Under the pieces are notes generated by a model, which saw only the letters and a list, made by a program, of their open reading frames with translations, made no database searches and was not told the DNA's origin. Both the position numbers and the translations under genes were made by a program. A stretch of DNA of 64,000 nucleotides, taken from assembly GCA_963798485.1 (NCBI GenBank), contig CAWCTR010000032.1, forward strand, positions 1 to 64,000, in the 5' to 3' direction. The stretch comes from an uncultured delta proteobacterium. Its GTDB lineage: Bacteria; Desulfobacterota; Desulfomonilia; UBA1062. Position 1 is the first letter of the stretch. Every line of letters starts with the position of its first letter. This document shows, one piece after another, positions 50,676 to 60,924 of this stretch.

Positions 50676-51515
50676 TTAAATCTGTTCCTCCTGCCCTGGG
50701 TAACCTTCCAGTAACCGGGAGCAGATTCCGGCCAGCGCATCTTTTGTAACCGAGGCCCCCTGAAAGAGCACCAATGGCCTTTGATTGGTGATGGAGCGCT
50801 CAAAGTGCTCATCTCTTACCAGGCTGCCGAGAAAATCTATGATGAACTCAAGGCGGTCATGGATAAACCGGGATAGTTTTCTGAAAACAGCATCATTGTT
50901 CGACCCTTCATCCGCATCGTCAAAGACAACATGAACCTTGCTTGAGGAAGAGCGCTCATGAATGACCTTGATATATGCATAGCATTGGAGAAGGGACCTC
51001 TCATCCGTCCTGGTAATAACGACATACCCATCACATGGCTTTTCTTCACAAATGAAATCAAGAGAGGAAGCCGGGTTTACCAGGATGAAACCTGCTGAAT
51101 CCTTATCCACGGCAGGTGCATCAGGCCTGGGGGTTTCCCTCCCTTCTTTGATCCCATCAGGACCGTTGTCCTGTATTACGATCTCAGGCAATCCATAGAG
51201 CCTCACAAAGGCCTTGTCCGTAGTCCTTTCATCATCCGAGAGCACGAAGTGCATGAGGGTTGAAAGCCTGGCCCCTTCAGTGAGGGAGAAATCTCTTATA
51301 ATGACTGGGAAGCGATGCCTAGCCAGCTCCAATGCGATGTTTGCGGTAAAGGCTGCCTGGATAAGCGGTGATACGGGGCAGCAGACACATATGGATCTAT
51401 TGCCGACATGAACAGTCAAGGCCTGGGCTTGATCCGGTTCTTGCTGCTGGGCCCCGGTCAGGAAAAACCTGGATACGTCCTCCAGTCCTCTTCCAAGCTT
51501 GGGCCGCTCCTTCAT
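50676..51515 (-). CDS. Degenerate MinD/FlhG-like protein with an N-terminal ParB-type LGRGL peptide
   Basis: MKERPKLGRGLEDV; no Walker A (ANIALELAR...VIIRD follows a degenerate loop); FlhG-like C-terminus LGSLVRDEHFERSI.NQRPL. Confidence 0.65.
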   Translation of the reverse strand: MKERPKLGRGLEDVSRFFLTGAQQQEPDQAQALTVHVGNRSICVCCPVSPLIQAAFTANIALELARHRFPVIIRDFSLTEGARLSTLMHFVLSDDERTTDKAFVRLYGLPEIVIQDNGPDGIKEGRETPRPDAPAVDKDSAGFILVNPASSLDFICEEKPCDGYVVITRTDERSLLQCYAYIKVIHERSSSSKVHVVFDDADEGSNNDAVFRKLSRFIHDRLEFIIDFLGSLVRDEHFERSITNQRPLVLFQGASVTKDALAGICSRLLEGYPGQEEQI

Positions 51516-51517
51516 AG

Positions 51518-52594
51518 TCAGTTAATCTCAATCTTTGAATTCTCGCCGAACTCGTTTATAGACTTATCCGGGTTATTGGGGTCGCTCACCCACTGACCAT
51601 CAACATAAAATTTGTATTCATACCTGCCCTTGCCTAGCGGCACAATCCTCTGCCACATACCCGTGCCTTCAATGTTGACCATGGGAAGTTCACCCACCTC
51701 CCAGTCATTGAAATCCGCCACAACATAGACCTGTGAGGCCTTTGGTGAATAATAGGTGAACAATACGCCGTCCTTTGTCATAACCGGCTTGAGGAACTTA
51801 GAGTCCTCATGGGACTTGACCTTCTTGAGCTTCTTGATAGACATGATCTCTTTGGCAAGGCTCAGGTAATCCTTGGAGCCGGACGAGTTCCTGTCGTACG
51901 AGATGATCGACCGGCCATACCCTGCGGCCTCCTTGAGCTTTACATTGAGGTTGATGACGGTCTTAAACACATGCCCATGCATATGTTTCCGAAGCTCTTC
52001 AAGGGATTCATAGGCGATCTTGGTCCTGCGGTCATAAATAGTGGCAAGTGCATAGACTGTAATCACGGCAGGTCTTTTCAGATCTATGAGATGGATGGTC
52101 TCAAGCAGTTTGGTCAGGCCATGCAAGGCAAACAGGCCGCTCTCCAAGGGGATGACGGCCTCGGTGCATGCATGCAATGCATTAAAGGTAAGTATGCCTA
52201 TGTTCGGCGGGCAGTCGATAACAATGAAATCATACTTCTCTGAGAGGGGATTAAGGATATTTGATAGATAATATTCCCGCTTATCCCTCTGGAGCAGGAT
52301 GGGCTCGGCGGTGCTGAGCATGACATCCGAAGGGATCAAGTCAAGATTGGCGGACAGATTCATGATGACATCATCTACCGAAACTGTCCCCTTTCTGGTC
52401 TCCGTAAGCAGATCGTATATACTTTTTGCATATTCTCCAGGATTGATGCCGAAGGCAAGTGTGGCATGCGCCTGCGGGTCAAGATCCACAACCAGCACCC
52501 TTTTCCTGAGATGTGCCAGGCATGCACCCAGATTAATGGCAGTTGTAGTCTTGCCGCACCCCCCCTTCTGATTGATGATTGCAATAATCCTCAT
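51518..52594 (-). CDS. ParA/Soj-family ATPase fused to a CBM48/AMPK-beta-type glycogen-binding domain
   Basis: NQKGGCGKTT, DLDPQ and DCPP motifs; C-terminal VYVVADFNDW...G.W...L..GRYEYKFYVDGQWVSDP.NP. Confidence 0.9.
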   Translation of the reverse strand: MRIIAIINQKGGCGKTTTAINLGACLAHLRKRVLVVDLDPQAHATLAFGINPGEYAKSIYDLLTETRKGTVSVDDVIMNLSANLDLIPSDVMLSTAEPILLQRDKREYYLSNILNPLSEKYDFIVIDCPPNIGILTFNALHACTEAVIPLESGLFALHGLTKLLETIHLIDLKRPAVITVYALATIYDRRTKIAYESLEELRKHMHGHVFKTVINLNVKLKEAAGYGRSIISYDRNSSGSKDYLSLAKEIMSIKKLKKVKSHEDSKFLKPVMTKDGVLFTYYSPKASQVYVVADFNDWEVGELPMVNIEGTGMWQRIVPLGKGRYEYKFYVDGQWVSDPNNPDKSINEFGENSKIEIN

Positions 52595-52682
52595 CTGAGT
52601 TCTCCTCCCCTTTTTTAATTACTATAGTTATACATTACGAATCTAGGAAGGTTCCCCGGATCTTTTTGACCCTAAGGAAGCC

Positions 52683-53207
52683 CTATCCCCCATCAAGCCC
52701 ATGGTGCTCCCTTTTGGTAAACCATGAAGAAGGGTCCCTTAAGTATTCCTCGGCGTCCTTCAGGGAGAGGTAGTGCTCGCGCTCGATGGATGCAAGCAGC
52801 TCGAAGAAGGCCTTTTCTTTTTCACCAATAACACTTCTACTCAGTTTCATATATGCCTCAGAACCTTTTGCCTCAAAGGCGGTTGCAATACCTATGGCCT
52901 CCAGGTCATCAATATCCGCCACAGGAGACTCATCCACCCCCCTGACCAGTTCCTTCAAGACGGATTGGATATCCGTAATCTTTACCGTCAATGGCATTGA
53001 TTCCGGCCATTTATCTTTCTTCAGCCATTTTTCATGAAGCGCTTTTAACCTCTGGTAATGCTCCAGTTCATCATCTGCAATCTTTTGAAACATGGCTTTC
53101 CCTATTGAATTATTCGTACGCCCGGCGTGCTTGAGATAGAATTCCCTTTCATTTATTTCGTTTTGAAGTGCAACTTCAAGCGCTGCAATGCGTTCTTTGT
53201 CATCCAT
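52683..53207 (-). CDS. Ferritin-like/rubrerythrin-family protein
   Basis: Paired ExxH motifs (DELEHY, IEREHY). Confidence 0.88.
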   Translation of the reverse strand: MDDKERIAALEVALQNEINEREFYLKHAGRTNNSIGKAMFQKIADDELEHYQRLKALHEKWLKKDKWPESMPLTVKITDIQSVLKELVRGVDESPVADIDDLEAIGIATAFEAKGSEAYMKLSRSVIGEKEKAFFELLASIEREHYLSLKDAEEYLRDPSSWFTKREHHGLDGG

Positions 53208-53286
53208 GCTCCCTCCTTTAAGCCCTCTCAAAGTTATCAAGCCGTAAAGGCACTCGTTGCCGCATCGACTATGATTTACAGAATTT

Positions 53287-53324
53287 AAAAAGGGAAGGAC
53301 GGGCCTTGTGCCCGACCTTCCCTT
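53287..53324 (-). terminator. Intrinsic terminator of the ompA-like gene
   Basis: AAGGGAAGG..CCTTCCCTT stem with a T-run on the minus strand. Confidence 0.75.
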
Positions 53325-53349
53325 GCTTTGTAAGTTTGTTAATCAACCG

Positions 53350-54393
53350 CTACTGGATAGGCTTGAACTCGACCCTTCTGTTCCTTGCCCTGTTCTCTTC
53401 CGTGTCATTCGGGGCAATAGGCTTGGTCAGACCATAACCCTTTGTCTCGAGTCTGTTTGCGGCAATACCTTTGCCCACGAGGTATGTCTTAACAGCAGCA
53501 GCCCTTCTGTCGGAAAGCTTCAGGTTGTATGCAGCCTTTCCCTTGCTGTCGGTATGTCCCTGAACCTCCATCTTAACCTTAGGATTGGCCTTCAGGTATT
53601 CCGTTACCTCGTCAAGTATCGGATAGGATTCGGACTTGATGTTCGACTTGTCGAAATCAAAGTTGATGTTCCTGAAGATAATAGAGCCCTGTTCCTTTGG
53701 TGCAGGGGCCGGAGGCGGTGGCGTTATTATAGGTGCAGGAACTGGGGCAGGGACAGGCTCAGCCTCGGTCGCAGGCGCCTCTTCCTTGACCTCTGCCCTT
53801 TCCTTGCCGCCGATCTCATAGGTCAGGCCGGCGGTGTACAGGAGGCTGCTATAGGCCGAACCGGCATTGAAATTGATGACGTCGCGCAGGTCGCCCCTGA
53901 GGGCGATATTCCTGGTCAGGAATATCTTTAATCCTCCACCATAGTTGAGCAGGAAGTCATTGTCAGAATTGCCGCCCTTTATTCCGGGGTCAAAGGCGAT
54001 CATACCAGGACCGGCTGCGAGGTAGGGGACAATCATGTCCCCAGGGAGAAGGCCTGTCAGATGATAGAGCAGGTCAAGTTTGTAGATTTTTGTATTTGCA
54101 TGCTTTTCATCAAAGTCAACACCGTGATTTAGCAGGATATCGCCGTTGTAAGTCGTTTTAACATAATGGAAGGTAAACTCAACCCCGAGCTTCTCAGATA
54201 AGTTATACCCAAGCCCGATTCCATATGCTGTGGCGCTATCGTATGGAAGATCACCATTATAATTGAATCCGCCGATAAAAGGGGTCACATTGATCGCTTC
54301 GTCCCGGTTCTCAGCAAGAGCTCCGGATGCACAGAAACATACTATTAGAAACGCCATAACTACAGTTACTCGAAACATACTACGGTTCTTCAT
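53350..54393 (-). CDS. OmpA/OprF-family outer-membrane protein
   Basis: Beta-barrel, Pro-rich hinge, [19 protein letters not shown] and NRRVE. Confidence 0.95.
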   Translation of the reverse strand: MKNRSMFRVTVVMAFLIVCFCASGALAENRDEAINVTPFIGGFNYNGDLPYDSATAYGIGLGYNLSEKLGVEFTFHYVKTTYNGDILLNHGVDFDEKHANTKIYKLDLLYHLTGLLPGDMIVPYLAAGPGMIAFDPGIKGGNSDNDFLLNYGGGLKIFLTRNIALRGDLRDVINFNAGSAYSSLLYTAGLTYEIGGKERAEVKEEAPATEAEPVPAPVPAPIITPPPPAPAPKEQGSIIFRNINFDFDKSNIKSESYPILDEVTEYLKANPKVKMEVQGHTDSKGKAAYNLKLSDRRAAAVKTYLVGKGIAANRLETKGYGLTKPIAPNDTEENRARNRRVEFKPIQ

Positions 54394-54610
54394 TGGTCAT
54401 CCTCCTCGTTCATCTCCGATATCCTCATAGAGGTAATTATTTGCTTAACATCTATTTGATAATTGCATTCTCAGGCAAAGTCAATCCTTTCCTATGACAT
54501 TGTCGCGACTTTTTTTAAAGTAGGTCATTTTTAGGTGATACCGGATTGATTGGATTTAGGATATGCATATAGAACTTTACAGGTCGGTACAGGATCTTTA
54601 AGGTGAGTCA

Positions 54611-55900
54611 ATGAATATGGTCTTTACCTCTCCTCTTGGAAATTCCATGATGAAAAATCCCGCCACCAGGCGGAGAGCCGTTGCCGCTGCCGCCATCGTG
54701 ATGCAGCTCTGTCTTGGAACGGTATATGCCTGGTCCATCTTCAAGAAGCCCATGATGGCGGCTAACGGCTGGAGCGAGACCCAGACCCAGTTCGCCTTTA
54801 TGGTAAACAGCGCCATGTTCGCAATGGCCGTTGCCTTCGGGGGCACAATGGTAGACCGCATAGCACCACGGATCATCGGATCTCTGGGCGGCATCATGTT
54901 CGGCGCAGGGGTCCTTTTGGCGGGTGTTGCGAACAGCATCAAGAGTATCACCCTGCTCATTATCGCCTATGGGCTTATCACCGGGTTAGGGGGAGGATTC
55001 GGATATGTGACCCCCATTGCCACGCTCATCAGATGGTTCCCGGACAAACGGGGGCAGCTTACCGGTCTTGCAGTGATGGGCTACGGCCTGGGGGCTTTTG
55101 CCCTGGGCAATATCGGCCCTGTACTCATAATGAAGTATGGGGTCGCCAATACCTTTTATCTATGGGGGGTGCTGAGCCTTACCGTGGTCATTTCTGCCGC
55201 GCTCACCCTTGTAAACCCGCCTGATGGCTGGTCCCCGGGAAAGACTGCTTCTTTATCAGCCTCTGCCGTGATCCTCCCGCCCTCATCTTCTTTTACCGAG
55301 GCCGTACGTACCCCCCGGTTCTGGATCCTGTGGATGATGCTCTTTGTCAGCCTCACTGCCGGGCTCGGCCTGATATCCCAACTCTCGCCCATAGCCCAGG
55401 ATGTCATGATCAGGGCTTATGGAGGTGCGGTATCCGATGGGAAGATGAAATCCATTGTTATCGTTTCCGGCACCATTGTGGCCATCGCCGGCATATTCAA
55501 CGGCCTTGGCAGGCTCATCTGGGCCTGGGTATCGGATATCATCGGGAGAAAAGCAGTCTTTGCCCTTATATTCATCTCCTTTGCTCTCGGTTTTGTCATT
55601 CTTGCCCATGTGAACACCACCCTCATATTCGCAGTCCTCAGCTTCTTCCTCCTTGCCTGCTACGGCGGTACCATGGCCACCATGCCGGCACTGGCGGCCG
55701 ATGAGTTCGGCCCTGTGAATATCGGCAAGATCTACGGGGTAATATTTACCGCCTGCGGATTTGCGGGCTTGGCCGGACCCTTTGTATTCGCACGGGTGAA
55801 AGAGCTCACCGGCGGATTTACCTACGCGCTGTACATGGAGTCGGCGCTTGCGGTTTTAGGGCTGGTGCTTGTCGTTGTTCTTAATAAGATCAGACGGTAA
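54611..55900 (+). CDS. OFA-family (oxalate/formate antiporter-like) MFS transporter
   Basis: GTVYAWSIF, WFPDKRG and NGLGRL.W..VSD.IGR motifs. Confidence 0.9.
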   Translation: MNMVFTSPLGNSMMKNPATRRRAVAAAAIVMQLCLGTVYAWSIFKKPMMAANGWSETQTQFAFMVNSAMFAMAVAFGGTMVDRIAPRIIGSLGGIMFGAGVLLAGVANSIKSITLLIIAYGLITGLGGGFGYVTPIATLIRWFPDKRGQLTGLAVMGYGLGAFALGNIGPVLIMKYGVANTFYLWGVLSLTVVISAALTLVNPPDGWSPGKTASLSASAVILPPSSSFTEAVRTPRFWILWMMLFVSLTAGLGLISQLSPIAQDVMIRAYGGAVSDGKMKSIVIVSGTIVAIAGIFNGLGRLIWAWVSDIIGRKAVFALIFISFALGFVILAHVNTTLIFAVLSFFLLACYGGTMATMPALAADEFGPVNIGKIYGVIFTACGFAGLAGPFVFARVKELTGGFTYALYMESALAVLGLVLVVVLNKIRR

Positions 55901-55997
55901 TAGTTTTACCATCTCCCGATTGACACCGAAGTGAATTTCCCATTAAGTGTGTAAAAGACCTGCTAGGCAGGGCATCAAACAGCGAAAGGATATTCAC

Positions 55998-57116
55998 ATG
56001 GCGCGAGTAGCTTTCATCGGCTGGCGAGGGATGGTCGGGTCAGTGCTCATGGACAGGATGGTAGCGGAAGACGACTTCCACGGGTTCGAACCTGTCTTCT
56101 ACACTACTTCCCAAGTGGGACTCAAGGGCCCGAAGGTAGGACTGAAGATACCACCGCTCAAGGATGCCTATGACATCAAGGACCTGAAGACTGCCGACAT
56201 CATTGTAACGTGCCAGGGAAGCGACCATACCAAGGAGGTCTACCCCAAGCTTCGCAAGGCCGGCTGGAAGGGGTACTGGATCGACGCATCCTCAGCCCTG
56301 AGGATGAAGGACAACAGCATCATCATCCTGGATCCCGTAAACAGGGACGTCATCGATAAGGGCCTGAAAAAGGGAATCAAGGACTACATCGGCGGCAACT
56401 GCACCGTGAGCCTCATGCTCATGGGTATCGGCGGTCTGTTCAGGGAAGGCCTTGTGGAATGGGTCACCTCCATGACCTACCAGGCTGCTTCCGGAGCAGG
56501 CGCCAACAACATGCGCGAGCTCGTGGAACAGATGGCCTATGTGGGCAAGGCATCCAAGAAGCTGCTGGACAAGCCCGCAACAGCGGCATTAGAGCTCGAT
56601 AAGCTTGTGGTCAATGCGCTGCATGACAAATCCTTCCCAAAGAAGGTCTTCGGCTTTCCCTTGGCGGCAAACCTCCTTCCCTGGATCGACTCGGCCATGG
56701 GAAACGGTCAGAGCCGGGAGGAATGGAAGGGCATTGTTGAGACCAACAAGATCCTGGGCACCAAGAAGACTATTCCCGTGGACGGCATCTGTGTGCGTAT
56801 AAGCTCCATGCGCTGCCATTCCCAGGGGCTTGTGATCAAGCTCAAGAAAGATGTGGGCATCAAGGAGATCACTGGAATCATCGCAGGTGCAAACGACTGG
56901 GTCAAGGTGGTCCCCAACATCAAGGAAGAGACGCTCACGCACCTGACCCCTGCTGCCGTGACAGGCACGCTAACGGTCCCGGTGGGCCGCATCCGCAAGA
57001 TGAACCTTGGTGAGAAGTACCTCACCTGCTTCACCGTGGGCGACCAGCTCCTGTGGGGCGCAGCCGAACCCATCCGCAGGATGCTGAAGATCGCGCTGGA
57101 GTTCATCGACAAATAA
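55998..57116 (+). CDS. asd: Aspartate-semialdehyde dehydrogenase
   Basis: GWRGMVGS, GGNCTVS, TYQAASGAG and DQLLWGAA motifs. Confidence 0.97.
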   Translation: MARVAFIGWRGMVGSVLMDRMVAEDDFHGFEPVFYTTSQVGLKGPKVGLKIPPLKDAYDIKDLKTADIIVTCQGSDHTKEVYPKLRKAGWKGYWIDASSALRMKDNSIIILDPVNRDVIDKGLKKGIKDYIGGNCTVSLMLMGIGGLFREGLVEWVTSMTYQAASGAGANNMRELVEQMAYVGKASKKLLDKPATAALELDKLVVNALHDKSFPKKVFGFPLAANLLPWIDSAMGNGQSREEWKGIVETNKILGTKKTIPVDGICVRISSMRCHSQGLVIKLKKDVGIKEITGIIAGANDWVKVVPNIKEETLTHLTPAAVTGTLTVPVGRIRKMNLGEKYLTCFTVGDQLLWGAAEPIRRMLKIALEFIDK

Positions 57117-57184
57117 CCAAGTGCGAAATGCCCTCCCCTCGTGGCAGACAGCATGAAAAATGAAAAGAGAGTAGGAAAACTGCT

Positions 57185-59275
57185 TTGAAAGATCATTCCA
57201 TCCGGGCGTTGAACGAATTCGAGGGCAAGATACTCCTGAAAGAGTGGGGGATTCCCGTAATTGAAGAAGCAATTGCGGGAGATGAAAACGAAGCCCTTGC
57301 AACGGCAGAGGGGCTGGGTTATCCGGTTGCGCTGAAAATATGCTCACAGGCCGTCCTCCACAAGACGGAACAGGGCGGTGTGGTTCTCAACATCCCTGAT
57401 GCCGGGACCCTCACGAGATCTGCCCGCCGGATGCATGACAGCTTCATAAATGTCCCCCATGTGCTGCTTATCCAGAAGATGGCCTCACCCGGCATAGAGC
57501 TCATCATCGGGGCGCGGCGCGACCCTGTCTTCGGACCGGTAGTCCTGGTCGGCATCGGCGGGGTCTTCACCGAGGTATTCCGCGATACGGTTCTTGAGCT
57601 TGCTCCGGTATCCATTGCCTCAGCACGTGCCATGCTCGATCGTTTGAGGGGGGCGGCCCTTTTGAAGGGCTTTCGGGGCCAGGCACCTGCCGATCTCAAG
57701 TCGGTGTCCGATGCCATCGCAGCCTTGTCTCGCATGATGGTAAGACGTTCAGACATCCTCGAGATCGATATCAATCCCTTCATCGCATATGCAAACGGCG
57801 CAGTTGCAGTGGACGCCCTCGTAAGGCTTGCAGACAAACCGAGCGCCGCCTCGATAAAACACCCGGAACTCATTACGGTGGACCCATTCTTCAACCCGAG
57901 GTCACTGGCACTGATAGGCGCATCCCGGAGCCATGACAAGGGGGGCAACATTATCTTGCGCAACCTCGTCAAGGCCGGCTTTAAAGGATCAATCCATCCC
58001 ATCAATCCTTCAGGGCATGATATCCTCGGGATGAAGACCTATAAGAACGTCCGTGACATTGAAGGCCCTGTAGACATTGCCATGATCGTCATCCCTAAGG
58101 CCGCAGTCCCTGCAGCCATTGATGACTGTGCCGCCAAGGGTGTACAGGCCGTAATACTCAGCACGGGAGGTTACTCGGACATGGGTGCGGATGGGGCCAA
58201 CGAACAGAAAAAGCTCATGGAAACGGTTCATGCAACAGGGCTGCGGCTCATGGGACCCAACAGCATCGGTACCATCCATCCGAGCGCAGGGCTTGCCACC
58301 TCCATCGTTGGGCTTGAACCCATCATGCACGGCGGTGTTTCGCTTATAGGACAGTCCGGCGTTTTCTCTTCAGGCTGGGGCCGCTGGATAGCGGATTACA
58401 AGCCTTTCGGCATATCCAAGGTGGCGTGTATCGGCAACAAAGGGGACGTGAACGAGTCCGACCTTCTGGAATACCTGGCAGATGATGCCGAGACAACGAC
58501 CATCGGCATGTACCTTGAGGGGATCATTGACGGTAAGCGTTTTATAAAGGCTGCTGCCAGGGCAGGCAGGAAAAAGCCCCTGGTTGTCGTGAAGTCCGGC
58601 CGCACCGAGGCAGGTGCCGAGGCCATTGCCTCGCACACAGGCTCCCTTGCAGGATCTGATGCCGTCTTCGATGCCGTCTGCCTCCGCACCGGCATGGTCC
58701 GGGTCCATGATTCCGAGGCCTTTTTCGATGCCCTGTCAGCCTTTGAGTCGCTCCCCCTTCCCCGCAGCAATCGCCTCGGGATCCTTTCCATCACCGGCAT
58801 GGGATGTGTGGTCACAACGGATGCCTGCGACGAGTATGGGGTGGATTTGCCGAAATTGAAACCATCTACCGTCAAAAAACTCAGGGAAGTCGTGCCTGCC
58901 TGGGCGCCCATTCGCAACCCCATAGATATCTGGTCTGCCGTGGAACAGCACGGCTCGCAGAAGACCATGTCTCATATCGCACGCTGCTTTCTTGATCAGT
59001 CGGACATCGATGCCCTTCTCATCATCTTTGTCCTCATGCCCGAGAGTATATTCGACATTGAAGAGGCATTCGGCGGCATCATAAAGGAATACAAGCACAA
59101 ACCCATCCTGGTGAGCTCTTATGGCGGTACGGAAAAAGAGATCAAGCACATCCACGAAGGATTCAAAAACCTCGGTGTTCCGAGCTACCCCACCCCGGAA
59201 CGCGCCATCTATTCCTTCAGCCGCATGGTTGAATATGCACGCTTCCGGGGACACATAAGGGACGGCAAGAGGTAA
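57185..59275 (+). CDS. ADP-forming acetate/acyl-CoA synthetase, beta-alpha fusion
   Basis: N-terminal ATP-grasp (HKTEQGGV, DPVFGP, DINP) followed by CoA-binding domains (GPNS.G, QSG, SHTGSLAG). Confidence 0.9.
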   Translation: MKDHSIRALNEFEGKILLKEWGIPVIEEAIAGDENEALATAEGLGYPVALKICSQAVLHKTEQGGVVLNIPDAGTLTRSARRMHDSFINVPHVLLIQKMASPGIELIIGARRDPVFGPVVLVGIGGVFTEVFRDTVLELAPVSIASARAMLDRLRGAALLKGFRGQAPADLKSVSDAIAALSRMMVRRSDILEIDINPFIAYANGAVAVDALVRLADKPSAASIKHPELITVDPFFNPRSLALIGASRSHDKGGNIILRNLVKAGFKGSIHPINPSGHDILGMKTYKNVRDIEGPVDIAMIVIPKAAVPAAIDDCAAKGVQAVILSTGGYSDMGADGANEQKKLMETVHATGLRLMGPNSIGTIHPSAGLATSIVGLEPIMHGGVSLIGQSGVFSSGWGRWIADYKPFGISKVACIGNKGDVNESDLLEYLADDAETTTIGMYLEGIIDGKRFIKAAARAGRKKPLVVVKSGRTEAGAEAIASHTGSLAGSDAVFDAVCLRTGMVRVHDSEAFFDALSAFESLPLPRSNRLGILSITGMGCVVTTDACDEYGVDLPKLKPSTVKKLREVVPAWAPIRNPIDIWSAVEQHGSQKTMSHIARCFLDQSDIDALLIIFVLMPESIFDIEEAFGGIIKEYKHKPILVSSYGGTEKEIKHIHEGFKNLGVPSYPTPERAIYSFSRMVEYARFRGHIRDGKR

Positions 59276-59296
59276 TCAAGAAAATTTTCTAAGTAA

Positions 59297-60085
59297 TCAG
59301 GCCGCTGCAGGCAATGAAGAAACGTGCCGCCCTTCATCATCTTCTATGAGTGCCTCGATGGCCAGGGGCAGGTGGTCGGACATGGTGAAGTTGACGACAT
59401 GAGCCTTTCTGATAATGACGCCTTCCGATACAAGGACATGATCGATATCCCGGCTTGGCCTCCAGCTCGGATACGTAAGCATATTCTTAATGGCAGGCTG
59501 CAGTCCGGCCCTCTCGGCAATGATCAAAAGCTCTTTGCTGTCAGAGGTGCAGTTGAAATCGCCCACGAGGATAGTCTTGCAATCAAGCTCCCTGATGATG
59601 TCGCCGATATAGCCTGCCTGTTTGATCCTGTCCCTTGGGCCCAAAGAGAGGTGGGATACGGCAAAGGCAATACTTTGACCTTTAAGATCCAGATGGACTA
59701 CCATGAGCCCCCTGCCGGGTATCTTGCCGGGAAGCTGGTGCCTGGCCACGGAAATGATTCGATGCCTGGAGAGAAAGCCTATGCTGTGGCGTGCAAAGAC
59801 CAGTTCACGGTTGACCTGCTCAGCCCAATAGTCGAACCCGCCTAAATGTGCAAGGATAGTAGTCTGGTTCCTAAAGCCTGATCTTATGCTGCCGGCATCC
59901 GACTCCTGGATGCCCACCATGTCGAATGACTTGAACAGACCTGATATCTTCCGAAGGTTATCCATCTTGCAACGGGAAGGCAGCACATGCTTCCAGAGAT
60001 TCTTCATCTGCTCGGAGCTCTTTGATGCCTTGATGCACACATTCGTGTTATAGCTGAGGATGCGCAATGGCTTATGGACTACCAT
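59297..60085 (-). CDS. Endonuclease/exonuclease/phosphatase family protein
   Basis: SYN, IQE, GDFN, IDH and SDHLP motifs. Confidence 0.92.
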   Translation of the reverse strand: MVVHKPLRILSYNTNVCIKASKSSEQMKNLWKHVLPSRCKMDNLRKISGLFKSFDMVGIQESDAGSIRSGFRNQTTILAHLGGFDYWAEQVNRELVFARHSIGFLSRHRIISVARHQLPGKIPGRGLMVVHLDLKGQSIAFAVSHLSLGPRDRIKQAGYIGDIIRELDCKTILVGDFNCTSDSKELLIIAERAGLQPAIKNMLTYPSWRPSRDIDHVLVSEGVIIRKAHVVNFTMSDHLPLAIEALIEDDEGRHVSSLPAAA

Positions 60086-60462
60086 GTCTTGGCTGCGTTC
60101 TCCCTGAATCCGAATTTACGTTTAGATCACTATCGGCGCTGACCCTTCATTACATAAGCGCACCTGTATGACAAGGAAAATTGCAGGTACTGTCTGGAAC
60201 CACGGATATCCTCAAGGAATTCATGTGCAATGAAATTGTAATGTTATCATGTCCGACCGACCGCCGCCTATCTGAGCGAAATATCGTTAAAGGATAGATT
60301 TGTGTACAAGATGTTCATATATGCGGAATTTTGAAACGCCGAGCCGGCTATATCTTCAAAGACAACTTGTGCTTGACAGGGGTGTATTCGAAGGGCATAA
60401 AATGTGGTCGTGACAACATTAATTGTTGTATTTCTCGAACGATTACAAAGTGCTTGGAAACA

Positions 60463-60924
60463 ATGAACAGGAAATCATTCTCAATCGATGAGTCACTCGG
60501 GTTCTGGGTATATCGCATGCACACCCAGAGTGTCGCTGTCCTGAAAAAGGCCTTCCAGGATGCAGGACATGATATTACGCCGGAGCAGTGGGGCCTCATG
60601 GTCCGATTGCAGGAGAACCAGGGGATAAATCAGAGCCGGCTCGGCGAGAAGGCATATAAAGACCGGCACAATGCAACACGTATCATCAAGCAGCTTGAAA
60701 AGCGCGGATTTATCGAGCGCAGGCCGGATGAGATCGATAAGCGTGCGTATAACCTCTTTATCACCGAACCCGGCCGGGACGTGCTGGAAGCGCTGGTTCA
60801 GATAGTCATGAACCATTATACCGGTGCATTCAGAGGCCTTACCGCCGAGGACCTCAAGGCCATGCGCAGGATACACGAGCACATCGTGAATAACCTTTCA
60901 AGGATAGAACAGGCATATGAATAA
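60463..60924 (+). CDS. MarR-family regulator
   Basis: ITPEQW...LEKRGFIER..DE.DKRA..L.IT..G. Confidence 0.92.
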   Translation: MNRKSFSIDESLGFWVYRMHTQSVAVLKKAFQDAGHDITPEQWGLMVRLQENQGINQSRLGEKAYKDRHNATRIIKQLEKRGFIERRPDEIDKRAYNLFITEPGRDVLEALVQIVMNHYTGAFRGLTAEDLKAMRRIHEHIVNNLSRIEQAYE

